Shown: positions 39,492 to 53,929 of the stretch, in pieces | Layout of the letters: the number at the start of each line of letters is the position of its first letter | How positions within the stretch are numbered: position 1 is the stretch's first letter | Source of the DNA: Octopus vulgaris | Taxonomy: Eukaryota | Assembly: GCA_951406725.2 (NCBI GenBank) | Contig: OX597820.1 | Coordinates: forward strand, 35,464,001-35,528,000 | Length of the DNA stretch: 64,000 nt | Reading direction: 5' to 3' | The notes under the pieces: generated by a model | What the model saw: the letters and a program-made list of their open reading frames with translations, nothing else | Databases searched by the model: none | Told to the model about the DNA's origin: nothing | Translations under genes and position numbers: made by a program

Positions 39492-41072
39492 CAGTTGCGG
39501 CCAAAATGTTCAGAACGGCATTGTTTTCGTCAGAAAAGTAGATATAATTTTTTATCAAAGTTATTTTATGACAATAAATACTATATTATTTGTTATTGCC
39601 TGAGATTTTGGTGTAATTTGAGAGGATAATACAAAAGTTATGGATGATTTAGTGATTTACTGCAAAACCCATGGCGGCCAAAATGATCAGAACGGTTGCT
39701 TTTACTCCGTGTTTTAGTATATTTAACTGGCGAACTCTAATGTTTTGAATTTGTTTACGTGACGGTTCGTTTACTAAACATTAGTAAGAATATTTGCAGT
39801 GTACTATGTTAATATAATGCCACTTACTCCGTTACCAATTCGTCAGCAGATTATTAAGCTTCGAAAGAAGGATAATTTAAGTATTGGATCGATTGCAAAG
39901 ATTGTTAACAAGTCAAAAAGTGTTGTTCACGGTATTCTTAAGGTCTACGATTATTGTGGTTCGTATGAAGCAAGAAAGTTTACAGGTAGGCCAAGAAAAA
40001 CGACCAAGAGAGAAGATCGTGCTATGGTAAAGTTGGTTAAAAAGGACAGATTTAAAACTGCTGCTGCTGTTTCTCGGAAAATGAGCATTGTATTGAAGAA
40101 AACTTTATCTCGAAAAACTGTGTCTCGTCCTTTAGTTGAACATGACCTACAAGCAAGAGCACCTGCAGTGAAGCCACTGATCAGCTCCAAGAATAAAAAG
40201 TGTCGTCTTACTTTTGCAACCGAACATGTGTTGTGGTCTCAAGAAAAATGGCAAACGGTGCATTTCAGAGATGAATCTAAGTTTATGTTATTTGACTCAG
40301 ATGGGTAAAGGTGCCTTAGTCGAAAAGTAGGTGAAAAATTATCGCCTAAATGCCTTAAGACTAGTGTTAAATTCAGTGGAGGAAGTGTCATGGTTTGGGG
40401 ATGATATCTGGAGATGGTGTGGGCCCTTTGGTGCGATTACATGAAAAAGTAAATGCAGGAGTTTATAAACAACTTGTCTTGCCTATGCTGAGAAATTCAA
40501 CTAAGCGACCACCCATATTCATGCAGGACAATGCCCCATGTCACAAGGCTAAGGTGGTCATAAACTTCCTCAAGGCTGAAAAGGTTATTGTTATGGATTG
40601 GCCTGCTCAAAGCCCAGATCTCAATCCTATTGAAAATGTGTGGAATATTCTAGAACGTTCGAAAGTCAGAAATCCTAAAACAACTGAGCAATTATGGAAT
40701 GTCCTTCAGGAAGAATGGAATAAGATCATCCAGCAAGAAATTGAAAATTTAATTTCCTCATGCAGTCGAAGATGTCAGAGTGTGATTGAAGCTAAAGGGT
40801 TTCACACTAAATATTAAATAATTCCAGTATTCTCTGTCATTTTTTATTATTTTGTTATTTTTTCAACCGTTCTGATCATTTTGGCCGGCATGGGTTTTGC
40901 AGTAAATCACTAAATCATCCATAACTTTTGTTACACCAAAATCTCAGACAATAACAATTAATATTGTATTTATTGTCTGTGAAAATTATAGAAAATAAAA
41001 CTACTTCGATAAAAACTTATACCTATTTTTCTGACGAAAACAATGCCGTTCTGAACATTTTGGCCGCAATTG
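39492..41072 (+). mobile_element. Full-length Tc1 DNA transposon, IR/DR type (1581 bp), TA target duplication
   Basis: ~207-bp TIRs (39492-39698 and 40864-41072), each with two GGCCAAAATG(T/A)TCAGAACGG repeats; TA on both sides. Confidence 0.97.
39817..40817 (+). pseudogene. Tc1 transposase (DD34E), disrupted
   Basis: GRPRKTT, FRDESKF, and FMQDNAPCH...WPAQSPDLNPIEN (34 residues between D and E); stop at 40306-40308 plus a frame change. Confidence 0.95.
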
Positions 41073-41118
41073 TATATATATATGTGTGTATACGTATATA
41101 TGCATATTTGTGCGTGTC

Positions 41119-41170
<52 letters not shown>

Positions 41171-41172
41171 TA

Positions 41173-41215
<43 letters not shown>

Positions 41216-41330
41216 ATTTAAGTAATGCGGGGGATAAATTGAATATTAATTTAATTAATATCAATTTAAAACCAGTAGCCTAGCATACAAAAATCTGAAA
41301 AATCAGAGAAAATTCTAATACATGTGTATA

Positions 41331-41567
41331 TTTAAAGAGCTAAAAAACCACTAGGTGGTCAGCCGTATGCTAGAAGTAGATCACTTACGATCAAACTACA
41401 AAGAAAAGAATGTTCTCTAGAGGAAAATTCAGCGGAACACCATGCCCGCATATTGTTCTGGTGTTCCACTGAATTTTCCTCTAGAGAACATTCTTTTCTT
41501 TGTAGTTTGATCGTAGGTGATCTACTTCTAGCATACGACTGACCACCTAGTGGTTTTTTAGCCCTTT

Positions 41568-41570
<3 letters not shown>
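41331..41570. repeat. Fold-back palindrome (~112-bp arms, ~16-nt spacer) abutting (TA)n
   Basis: 41331-41442 is the reverse complement of 41459-41570, with few mismatches. Confidence 0.95.
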
Positions 41571-41611
<41 letters not shown>

Positions 41612-41899
41612 AACATACATATATATGCATACATATACATGCATACATATGTGTGTATATTTGTGTGTGTGCGCGCGTTGCCAAGAAGCGATAAATTATA
41701 GAACTCAATACAAATGTATTGTATTCCTTAATACATTATAACTGCAAAGCTTCAATGTCCAATACTCAGAGCTTCCGATCGTCACTTGATAAACCAAGCC
41801 TGTTTTTCTTTTGAAATATTCACAGTTGAAGTTTTTTTTTTTAAATATGAAATGAAAGTTTGAAGAAAATGCCTATCCTTATTATTTTGTCATATTTCA

Positions 41900-42190
41900 T
41901 CAAGTTTCAGCTCACGAGCTGTGGCCATGCTGGGGCACTGCCATTTGGTGTTGCTACATAATTTTGTTTCACGAATGCTTTTTAGCAATTGACATTTGGT
42001 GCATGAGAGAGTTTGAGGCAGCTGCCCTCATCTGCACCTCCTGTCACGAAGCTGGTTCATCTGGGACACCTGACAGGAAGAGGTCCAGTTTTCTTTTGAA
42101 GACACCTACATCCACCCCATGCAGGTCTCTTAGGTCCTTCGGGAGGATATTGAAAAGCTGTGGACCTCTGAAGCCCAGGCTATTGCAGTT
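41900..42190 (-). mobile_element. CR1-group LINE 3' fragment
   Basis: CNSLGFRGPQLFNILPKDLRDLHGVDV and the 3' UTR match 32660-32945. Confidence 0.92.
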
Positions 42191-42309
42191 TAAAAACCTT
42201 TGTGAATGACACGTGTAAAAGTGATCGCTTTTCATTTCTGGTGCTCCTGATGGTATCATAAACTTCTTAAAATCCGCGAGGAAGTAAAGAAATTGCATTG
42301 TTGCTTAAG

Positions 42310-42763
42310 TGTCTCTCTACAATCAGAACTCCGTTAATGAAGGCCGCGGAATTTGCAAAATAAAACCACTGTTATTGGTCAGTTAGATAACGTGATCATG
42401 CACTCGTGGAAATCACTGCTGTTTTGTAACGAATTATTCAAGTTATCAATGTGAGCTTGTGATGGAGTCTAAATCTATACATTCTAAATATTCAGAGAAA
42501 AATTTCCTGAAATGGATTATAGTTTATATCGTTATGATCATCTGATTCTATCGAGAAATTTTAACGGTCAGAAGTTAGAGAGATCTGAGAAAAATTTGAT
42601 TAAAATATTTCAGGATATAGGACTTGGAATTACTTGAGGTGCTAACGTAATTGCCGTCAATTTTCTTGACGCAACGTTAAGACTGGATAATGATAGGTTT
42701 AGATCATACCACAAACCAAATGACAAGTTAGTATGTATGTATGTAAGTATGTATGTATATATG

Positions 42764-42819
<56 letters not shown>

Positions 42820-43675
42820 GAAATTGAATCATCCATCTTGTGTATTGAGGAACTTGGTTGACGATATCAGTAAACATGTATGCTTGTTATCTTCTAATAA
42901 AGATGCTTTTTAAGGGTGCAGCTGCGTATTGAAATGACGCGCTAAGAAATAATGGTTTCTCTGATAAGACTGAATACGTATAAATCGTTCAGGACACACA
43001 GCCTAAGACCAGGAATAGGAAAAAGAACATTTTATGGTTCAACCCAATATTTAACCTAGCAGTAAAAACCAATATAGCTAGAGAGTTCTTTAGTTTAATA
43101 AATCAACATTTTCGACCAGAGAATAATTATGGTAAGATACTGAATAGGAATTGTGTTGGGGTTAGTTATTCAGCCTGTATGAATTTTATGTGTTATATCA
43201 GAATTATAATGCTGCAAAACTGAATGGAAGAAAGATGCAAACAGCAGGCCAACAAAGATCCTGCAAATTTTGAATGTGTGCCACCTGTTTAGTTGGAAGT
43301 TGTTTGACGAAGCAGCACCAATGTTGAATCAAACAGCAGAGATAAACCTAAGACATATATTGAGGCAACGGAACTCACATCCAAAAACCGTTATTATAAG
43401 TTAATTCATTTGTCAGCCCCAGTAAAAAAAAAATGCGCTACGACTTTCTCGAAGTTTATATGGTCCTTGAGTGAGATATGTCATCACGAATTCAAAATTA
43501 CCTGCTCTAGTGTAGATCCTGATCAAACTTACACGATCGGGAGTTTTAAAGAAATAGATACGGTGTTTAGGCGAAATATTGAGAATTTTGATTCCGGGCA
43601 GCAATATTTTGAACAAAAGAACAGAACAGTTAGCACCTTGCATTCTTGCAGTTAAGTATCTCTTATGTAAATACA
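42310..43675 (+). pseudogene. Decayed Penelope-like element: RT C-terminal half + GIY-YIG endonuclease (Naiad-like motif set)
   Basis: Hand translation gives IMHSWKSLLF, LYRYDHL (cf. GLYRDDGL), VNFLDATL, YHKPND, NHPS, RKKNILWFNP, KTNIAREF, KILNRN..VSYS, TYIEATE...RYY, TFSKFIWSL and LNKRTE. Interrupted by a microsatellite at ~42731-42815. Confidence 0.8.
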
Positions 43676-43844
43676 AGACTCCTTGAATGATTCATTAATG
43701 TTTTATATATGATATAAGATATACGTGTGGGTACATGTCTATGTGTCCGTATGAGTATATATGCATATATGTATATGTGTGCACCATGAACACTCACATA
43801 CACACACGTTGTTTTTTTTTTTTAAAAAACCATTAAAAAAAGTA

Positions 43845-44073
43845 TTACTCTCTCTTTACTCTTTAACTCTTTTACTTCTTTCAGTCATTTGACTGTGGCC
43901 ATGCTGAAGCACTGCCTTTAGTCGAGCAAATCGACCCCAGGATTTATTCTTTGTACGCCTAGTACTTATTCTATCAGTCTCTTTGCCGAACCACTAAGTA
44001 TCGGTTGTCAAGCGATGTTGGTGGGACAAACAGACACACAAACATATACACACATATATACATACATACATAC

Positions 44074-44121
<48 letters not shown>

Positions 44122-44293
44122 ACACATATACGACGGGCTTCTTTCAGTTTCCGTCTACCAAATCCACTCACAAGGCTTTGGTCGGCCCGAGGCTATAGTA
44201 GAAGACACTTGCCCAAGGTGCCATGCAGTGGGACTGAACCCGGAACCATGTGGTTCGTAAGCAAGCTACTTACCACACACCCACTCCTACGCC
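43845..44293 (-). mobile_element. SINE family B, full length with internal microsatellite
   Basis: Head at the right end, a central (TA)/(TG) tract, and a (TAAAGAG)-type tail at the left end. Confidence 0.9.
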
Positions 44294-44420
44294 TATATTT
44301 CATATTTCAAAAATTATCAAAACAGTGGATATATCAAATAAGATACAGGTCCTTTGTTACATCTGATAAGAGATGAGCAGCTCTGAGTACAGGAAATTGG
44401 AGTCTTTCAGTTATATATAC

Positions 44421-44463
<43 letters not shown>

Positions 44464-44465
44464 TT

Positions 44466-44530
<65 letters not shown>

Positions 44531-44974
44531 TCATACATATTTACATACATGCATACATGCATACACACATCCATATATTCCTATAAATATAGTTTTTGTT
44601 AGGCTATTTTGTGCAGGCGTATATGGTCTATCAACTATGCCTATAACTGCATAACTGCGTTTATAGACATTCGTACACACGTTGATAAATATGAATATAA
44701 TAGCCGTATATGCCAATTTTCTCATCTTTTTGGATTACCGTTATACATTCATCATCCGCATATTTTAATATCCTCATTATTTTTAATACGGACATACAAC
44801 CTCGTAACTACATTTATGCATTTATATATTTATATATTTATATATTATATCTTGTGTATATGAATGCACCTACGTGTGGTATGGTATTCCAATGCTCTGA
44901 AATATATTGAGTGAATATGACCTTTGAAATTTGTTCCATCTTTCTTGGTTTTATATATATATATATATATATAT

Positions 44975-45534
<560 letters not shown>

Positions 45535-45579
45535 ATCTTTTCCACGTGTCGTTTCTATTTTCTTTTTGAAACATATTTC

Positions 45580-45624
<45 letters not shown>

Positions 45625-46134
45625 CTTGCAAACATTTCCGAACGTGATATAGGAATCTTTTCACGTGTATACAGTAATCTAAGCATCGGTGGTGATGACA
45701 CTGAGAACAAGCCCTCCATTGTCGACATACAGATAATGGTTTCTGCAACTAGTATTATTGATGGACAGGAAGATGGGAAGATGGGATGAAGGGAAGGTGG
45801 GAAGATATGGGGCAGGACCTCTGAGAAACGCGCGAAAACTCTTAATATGTGAAGAAGCAGTGTATTTACACAAATATTAGGCCATTCAATAGAGTTCTTA
45901 TCATTGGTAACTTCAGGTTTTTTTCAGTCACGTGTTAGGTGTCAGAAGCAGGCAAGCATTAATTGGTGCAAGCAAACATTAATTAATGCAGAGTTCACTA
46001 TAATTAGGATGGTAGAGAATGTTTAATAAACAAGATCAACAACAAGAACCACAATATATAAATTTGTAATTAATTACACTGTGTAACAAGATTTTTGTTC
46101 TTGGGTAGCAACTGTTATTTCCTATTTGCATTCC

Positions 46135-46372
46135 AGCGGAGGCACATGGCCTAGGGGTTAGAGCAGCGGACTCGCGGGTTCGAATCTCAGACCGGGCGAA
46201 CTTCTGCTGACTCCTTCTCCACAACTTTCTCTCACTCTTTCCTCCTGCATCTTGCAGCTCACCTGCGACAGACCGGCGTCCCATCCAGGTGGGGAACCTA
46301 TACGCCACGGAAACCGGGAAACCGGCCCTATGAGCCAGGCATGGCTCGAGATGGAACAAACAAACAACAACA
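46135..46372 (+). mobile_element. SINE, family-A-like head, tail type iii ending in (AAC)n, 11-bp TSD
   Basis: ATTTGCATTCC at 46124-46134 and 46373-46383; B box GGTTCGAATC. Confidence 0.85.
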
Positions 46373-47780
46373 ATTTGCATTCCCCTAAGAAGTATGAAAC
46401 ATGGCTATTTCTCTCAACTGTGCTTTTGTTACATTTATCCAACCCCTAAAGAGTCCCTTTCAACACATGGCTATGATGCTCCCCAACTACTCCTGATCAT
46501 GATCAGAGATGCACACATTGTCGTATTGTCAAGTGGCTACGGTCAAGTGGCTACGGTCAAGCGGCTGTGGCATTGAGCAGAATATTTGCTATAGCGATGT
46601 TTCTGCTTCAGCAACACAGCGCTGAATCTATCTGAAATGGAATGGAAAATTGGTCAATTTCAAATCATTGACGACCAAGTCACAAAAGTAAAATTTGAAG
46701 GGAATAGTAGTCATCTCCTTTGATTTCTAGATAGAACCAAATAGGAAATAACACTGACCAAAGACGAAATAATATCAATAAATTTTGTTACACAATGTTA
46801 TATGATATAAGAAGAAATTATGAAGGGATATTGTGAAATTGAAATATTATCGCAATCCCCACGGGGCCAAGGTAAATGGCCAAAATTAGAAAGATGATAT
46901 ATAAGGAATAACGGTTTTTAATCTATGTGCAAGTCCAACAATTTGCGTCGAGCCCAGGTCATGACTGGTACTTTAATTTATCAAGGAACGATAGGCTGAA
47001 ATGCAAAGTTGACGTCAGAGGGATTTCAACTCAGAACTTAAAGTGCTCTTACTGAATACCATTTCTTTAACAAATATGTCAATCAACTCTCCTATTAACT
47101 CTTTCTACTATAAGCATAAGACCAGGAATTTTGTGGGGAAGAGCTACTCAATGATATCAACCCGAGTGGTAAACAGTTCTTATTTTATTGACCACGAACG
47201 GATGAAATACGAAGTCGGCTTCGACGGAATTTGAACCAAAAGGTATGCCGGTAAGTATTTTATCCAATACGTTAAGGATTCTGACAGTTTGCCGCCTCCA
47301 CAGGCCTTAATGATATTTGTTTCTAACATAGATGCAAGGTTGGAATTTTAGGAGCACTTTACTTAATCGACCCCGAAAGGATAAAAGGCAAAGTTGACCC
47401 CGACGGGAATGGAACTTAGAAAGTAAAGAGCCAGGGTCAACGACACTATGCACTTTTACGAACGCTCTAGCGATTCTACAAATTCAACACCGTCTAACAA
47501 TCCAATGACTAATAACATTAATGAAGGGAGACAAAAATATAATCGAATAGTTATATAAACAAATAAAGTAATTAGGAAGTTAATGGAAATGCCAGCAAGT
47601 CTTTCAGCCAATCAGAAGCTGGCAATGTTAGAAAGTTCCTGAATGATAGACTATAGTGACGAAAGTTTGAAATGTAATTAGTTTTCAGTATGCGACTTCT
47701 ACATACGTATGTATGAAGTATGTCTAAATATGTATGTATGTATGTATGCATGTATGCATGTATGTATGTGATTATGTGTT

Positions 47781-47849
<69 letters not shown>

Positions 47850-48543
47850 TTACAAACACACGCTCGTGTATATCTCTTTGTCGAATTCTTTGGTGCACGT
47901 GTTTAGGCTGTATAATTTGCATATATAAACGTGTAAAGCACACGTGCGCCCATAAATACAGTATGTACATTATAGCCGTGTGCTTAAAGAGCTTTTGAAT
48001 GCAATCTTGTTGTCTGTCGCGTGAAGAGAGGCAGACAAACATAGAACGAGAGACAGGCAGAAAGACACACAGACAGAAGGATAAGGAGAGAAGAAAACAA
48101 AACAAAGCATGAGAGACTGTTAATAAAATATTCATTTACAACGTCTTACGTTTATTTAAACAAAGATTATTAGTTGTATAATCGAAATCTGATAATCAAA
48201 TGTTCATAAGACGTGTAGCCTTCATACATAACATTGTTGGATTATAATGCTTTCAAATTATGGCAGAAGGCAAACAACATTGAGAAGGGGAGAAAACGAT
48301 TACACTGACACTAGTGCTTAACTGGTACTTATTTTATCGACCGCGAACAGATAAAAGGCTAAGCTAATATCGATGAAGTTTGAGCTCATAAAGTTAAAGA
48401 AATGCTGCAAAGTATCTTGCCTGTTGCATTAACTATTCTTCCAGCTCAGCACTGCAAAATGGATTACAATATGAATGGAAATGCACATGGAGTTGAAATT
48501 GTGTTGTTTTTTATCGTGTAATTTAAATTTGAAATCGCACACT

Positions 48544-48603
<60 letters not shown>

Positions 48604-48749
48604 AGGTAGATAGTTCGAGAAAAATTCACCTGTTTCCTCATTAATCACACCTGTTTATTCCACTATTACAATACAAAACATGATCTCAATTGCTGCAGTT
48701 AGCAAACGAAACATGTGCAATGGTGGATAAATAATACCAAAAATTTCCA

Positions 48750-49883
48750 ATTTCTTACTAAATTCATTCCTCGCGTTTTTTTAACGCTCTCTTAAAGGTG
48801 TCCACAAATCTTTCTACCTACCCGTTTAACCTCGGGTAGTAGGGTGGAGTGAAAATATGCCTTATCACATGGCTTTTACAGAAGTTCTTGAATTCATACC
48901 CAGAGAACAGCGTTCTGTTGTCTGAAACTAGCGTGTCAGGACACTGTATTGCGCAAACACTTCGTATAAGAACTTGATAGTTGTCTCAGAGGTTGGTCTA
49001 TAGCACCTACAAACCTCCGGCCACTTAATACAGCTATCTACTACGATTAGGTAGAAAGTGCCGTTTACCGGTCCGGCATAGTTAATGTGTAACCTAGACC
49101 ATGGGTTCTCCGTCTCTGGCCACGATTGATATTTTATTGGTGGGGCTTTGGTCGCGAGCGCGCAACCTCGGCATGGTCTCACCAAGTTTTCGATATCTCG
49201 GTCCATAGACGGCCAATAGACATAACTCCTCATCAGAGCTTTCATCCTTGCCATTCCTGGATGTCCGCACTGCAATTGTTGCAATACTACTTTTTGTAAT
49301 GTAACAGGGACCAACACTCTTTGGGCATACATTAGTATATCGTCGCAAATTGAAAAACTACTAGCATCTGAAGTTTTATTCTGTTTATTTTTTAAAGATT
49401 CTTTTAATTTCGTAATATACTCATCATCTACAGCTTTCGTTTTTACATCCTGTGCCGCCAAAACACTTTTAATTTCACTTTCTGCATGCAGTGCAACTAT
49501 AACAGTATATTCTATTGGTTCCATATTTTGGGGAATTAATCTCGAAAGGCAGTCTGCATGACCGATTTTTTTTCGATGGAATGTATTGCATTTTGAAATT
49601 ATAATTTAGTAATATTACACCCCAACGTAGCAGGCGGTTCGCAGTATGAGTCGGTAACCCTTTTCAGACCCGTAAATCAAGAGCAAAGGTCTATGGTCTG
49701 TTTGCAATAAAAAACTTCTGCCATGCAGAAACCTGTGAAAATTTTTAACTGCAAAAATAATTGCTAGAGCCTTCTTTTCAATATGATTATACTTCTTCTC
49801 TGCCGCTATTAGCGAGCGCGAAACATGAACCACTGGTTTTGTACTTCCGTTTTCGTATTTATGAAGTAGAACTGCACCTAATC
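48750..49883 (-). mobile_element. Ty3/gypsy pol fragment (RNase H + integrase), disrupted
   Basis: SRSLIAAEKKY..IEKKALAIIFAVK.FHRFLHGR.F.LQTDHRPL; GHPGMARMKALMRSYVYWP..D.DIE...C..C; PWSRLHINYAGP; LIVVDS..KWPE. Confidence 0.93.
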
Positions 49884-51120
49884 CTTTTTTATATCATTTT
49901 TCCTTTTTTCTCTTTTTTTCTTCCTTTTTGCATGTGTTAAAGTCTTAGAAAACATTTACTTCCTCTTTTTACCATTTTATGTAAGGCAGCAGGTCCTCAT
50001 AATCTATTACTGACAGCAAGTGGTCGAACTCAATGCGCTCTCCTGTTGGGTCCAACCCATTTCCGAACCATTCTCCCAGTCTTGCACAACTGCCCTGCCA
50101 CTCTCCGGACAGCATTCGATTGCTAGCCTCACTCCTACTACCGACCTCACCTTCGCCATTCTCCCCCCAATCTCCGTGCCCCTCGCATAAGTCACCATAT
50201 GCCATTCACTTTTCGGTTCCTCCCCAGTTACCCGCCCCTGCAGTCACACCCGATCTTCCACGCTGGCCTCCCCCGTTGATGCTGCTGGAACCTCATGCCG
50301 TGCCTCCTGCCGTCTACCTTCCATCTCCCTCCCCAAAGGACCACCCGGCGGCGAGTCCACGTCTTCCTTTCTCTCTTCTTTTTACCCACCACCGTATATT
50401 CCTCCTCCACTCCCTCCGGACACATCCCACCCACCGGAGCCGTTACTTCAGCACACCACCCCCGCTCAGCACCCTACCGTCGCTGCTCCTCCACACCCCC
50501 AACTCACGCCCTCCAGCAGCACCACCTCCTCCGCCAACCTGTACAAGTCCTACAAACCGACATAGATGTCCACTTCGAGGCCACACCTCCACCAGTCCAC
50601 CTCCCTCGACCTCGCTACCTTCAACAACCTTACGTCCTCCCCCACACTATACATAACGGCTGCCACCAGCCACGCCTCCCCAATCTCCGGGGGCATCCTG
50701 CCAATCCCCACCCTGGCCACTCGCTTGCCACAGCAAGTTGACAGAAGCACCCACTCTGGCGTCCCCAGCGTCACAGTGGAGCGGTTCACCGCCACTTGCT
50801 CGCCAGCTAAGCGTACCTCCACCACGCTGCACTCTCCTCTTCCGGTGCAGAATGCTGTGAGACCCCTCACCTCCCTCAAACACTCTTCCACTGCGGCTAC
50901 CTGTATTCCCTTCGTTGCCGTGAACAGTGCTCCACATTCCACTGTCCACCTCGTCACGCCAGCTGCCAAATCCTCCGGCGGGGCCAACCTCAAATTGATT
51001 CCCTCCCTCTCAACAAGTTCGTTGTATTCCTTTAGCGTTTTTGGCTCAATTTTAACTTCTCGAACCTCTAGTGCGTCAGCAGTAAAGCTTCTTCCCGTGG
51101 CCGGGTGGAACTAGTTCGCA
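49884..51120 (-). mobile_element. GC-rich coding-like retroposed segment with A-rich tail (possible LINE ORF1 derivative)
   Basis: Frame open 51110-50550, with further fragments to 49969; the A-rich tail at 49884-49930 abuts the gypsy fragment. Family not recognised. Confidence 0.4.
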
Positions 51121-51500
51121 CTCCATTCTTCTTTTTTCTTCTACTTCACCTATAAATGGCGAAGGAAACAATTATAAATTCACAGCAAAAAACAGCGACC
51201 AGCAATCCAAAAATTTAATGAGGCTCAACAATGAGGTTCACCCCTACGAGAGACCTTCAACTAATAATAAACAATGCGACCCACGTCCAACAGGGATTTA
51301 AAATGATTAAACCAACAACTAGGAAAAATAAACAGGCATAAAATACCTCACTCACTCAGATCGCTTTATTTATATGTAATGGTCTAATCCATTCTCATTA
51401 GGGAGCGTCGTTCTCTCGCACGACAGTATGTATGTATGTATGTATGTATGTATGTATGTATGTATGTATGTATGTATGTATGTATGTATGTATGTATAGT

Positions 51501-51833
51501 AAAGACGCATGGCTCAGTGGTTAGAGCGTCGAGCTTACAATCGTGAAGTTGTGATTTCGAATCACAACACGGGCTGCGTTTGCGTTTTTTAGCAAGACAC
51601 TTTATTTCACGTTGCTCCAGTTCACTCCGCTGTAGAAATAAGTTGCGACGTCACAGGTGCCAAGCTGTATCGGCCTTTGCCTTTCCCTTGGATAAAACTG
51701 GTGACGTGGAGAGAGGAGGCCGGTATGCATGTGCGACTGCTGGTCTTCCATAAACAACCTTGCCTGGACTTGTGCCTGGGAAGGTAACTTTCTAGGTGCA
51801 ATCCCATGGTTAGTCATGACCGAATGGGGTCTC
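51501..51833 (+). mobile_element. SINE family C, full length, inside (TATG)n
   Basis: Collinear with 29652-29986. Confidence 0.88.
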
Positions 51834-52735
51834 AACATGTATGTATGTATGTATGTATGTATGTATGTATGTATGTATGTATGTATGTATGTATGTATGT
51901 ATGTATGTATGTATGTATGTATGTGTGTATATTTGTATGTATAATGTAAATAGAGAGAATGCAAAGCCTGAAAATTTTCAGAAGAACATTCATGCATAAA
52001 TATATAGATATTTTTATATCAATAGATTAAATTTACACAGAGTACAAAAACACAGAAAATTAGTGGGGAGAAGGTATGGTGTTTCAGGTCTGACAGCTGT
52101 TTCTGAGGACTTGGAATTACTCCATAATGTTAGCAGGTGTAGTTCACAAAGATATGTAACCAGTAGAGGAAGCATATAAATTTTGAGTAAATCTAGTCTC
52201 CGTCTTCAGGGTGATCTCTCCACCACTGCGTGGCACCTTGGGTAAGAGCCTTCTGCTATAGAAAAGCCTTGTAAGTGGATATGGTAGACAGAAACTGAAA
52301 GAAGCCCATCGTGCGAGTGTGTGTGATGCGTATGAGTATGTGTGTACGGTTCTGTGTGGGCATGTATAATGACTTCTGTCAAGCACTCTGGCTGAACTAT
52401 ATGCGTGTATAACTATTTTCACTTTGACAATTAAATATTTATCCATTTAATTATTATGCTAAAAATAATTGTGTACAATTTCATTATTAGCAAGAAGTGA
52501 AAAAACAAGTAAAATTAATCAGATAACCAACGATAATGTATGCAATACATCAAAAAGTCATTTCTATTCATTTTTTCAAATATACATACATATACATACG
52601 CGTACATACACACATATAGATACCTATACATATAATCACACACATATATATGTATGTACATATACAGATATACATCTACATATGCATCCTATATATGTAG
52701 ATGTATATCTGTATATATTCATGCATATATATGCT

Positions 52736-52790
<55 letters not shown>

Positions 52791-53161
52791 ACAAACAAAC
52801 ATATGCATATACACACATATACATATATATGCATTTCTGCAGATGTGTATGCACGTGATTGCGTGTTTCATTTAACTTAATAAAATTTAACAAAGTCTCC
52901 TTTGTACTGAGATTATTTAATTAATTATACATACACATATGCACATGTTAATCACACATGGGCACACAGATGCACGTACATACACAAATTCATATACTTA
53001 TATATATGAGCGTGTATGGTTATGTGTCTGTGCGCGATAAGTAAATATATACTACATCACAAATGATTACATGTATTCATGCGTATACATAGATATATGT
53101 GTATAAATGAACATGTATATACGCATTTCTAGGAATATTTATTTATAAATATGTGGGTGTT

Positions 53162-53217
<56 letters not shown>

Positions 53218-53234
53218 CAGATAGAGAAATAGAC

Positions 53235-53331
<97 letters not shown>

Positions 53332-53354
53332 TGCACACACACAGACACACACAT

Positions 53355-53780
53355 ACAGAGTGTCTCCAAAGATGTATATACTGTGAATGATAAAGTCAGA
53401 TAGCATCTACGGACAGAACCTAGATATTTTTTTTTTTAAATGCTTGTTTTCAAACTGATGACCGTTCTGCTTAGGCAGTGAATAATGTGAAGGAATTGAA
53501 TTGCTGACATCAAGAATCATTTTGTTCTGTATTTTTCTGCATTTTTGTTTAATGGCTGCACTCAATTCTTTAACTCTTTTACCATAAAATTGATCGTTTA
53601 AGGATCTCCATTAAAATCTTCTGGTAAGAGGACAAGTGAACATAGAAGATATTCTACTGAGCCTCTTCGTTCAGTTCACCCGTTTGGCAAAATCTTACCA
53701 ACGTATACAGTCTTATTACTATGGTGGTGCGTGGGCGCCCCATCTTACTTGAAATAAAATTCCACATCTTCAAAGTTCTC
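53355..53780 (-). mobile_element. Tc1/mariner-superfamily relic
   Basis: TA-CAGAGTGTCTCC terminus and a minus-strand FQ.DGAP.H-like stretch near 53725-53755. Confidence 0.4.
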
Positions 53781-53929
53781 TTGGACGCTTCGCATTCCAG
53801 GTTATCGTACCAAGTTCAAATGAATGGGACCAGTCACGGGGAAAATGAATGGTCTGATTAATCCTTTTGATGACCAAGTGCACCATTTTGTAACTCTTGG
53901 TAAATTTATACGATAGTTCTCCGCAGACA

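Noticed and set aside
41331-41570. Hammerhead within this palindrome
   Set aside because: CUGACCA is present but no GAAA or stem arrangement was found; retained only as a palindrome.
50033-51114. Plus-strand Pro/Ser/Thr-rich ORFs
   Set aside because: Likely antisense shadows of the GC-rich minus-strand frame.
52095-52215. Minus-strand CUGAAGA ... GAAACAGCUGUC as a hammerhead
   Set aside because: The halves are ~100 nt apart and stem I does not pair convincingly; possibly a relic, but unsupported.
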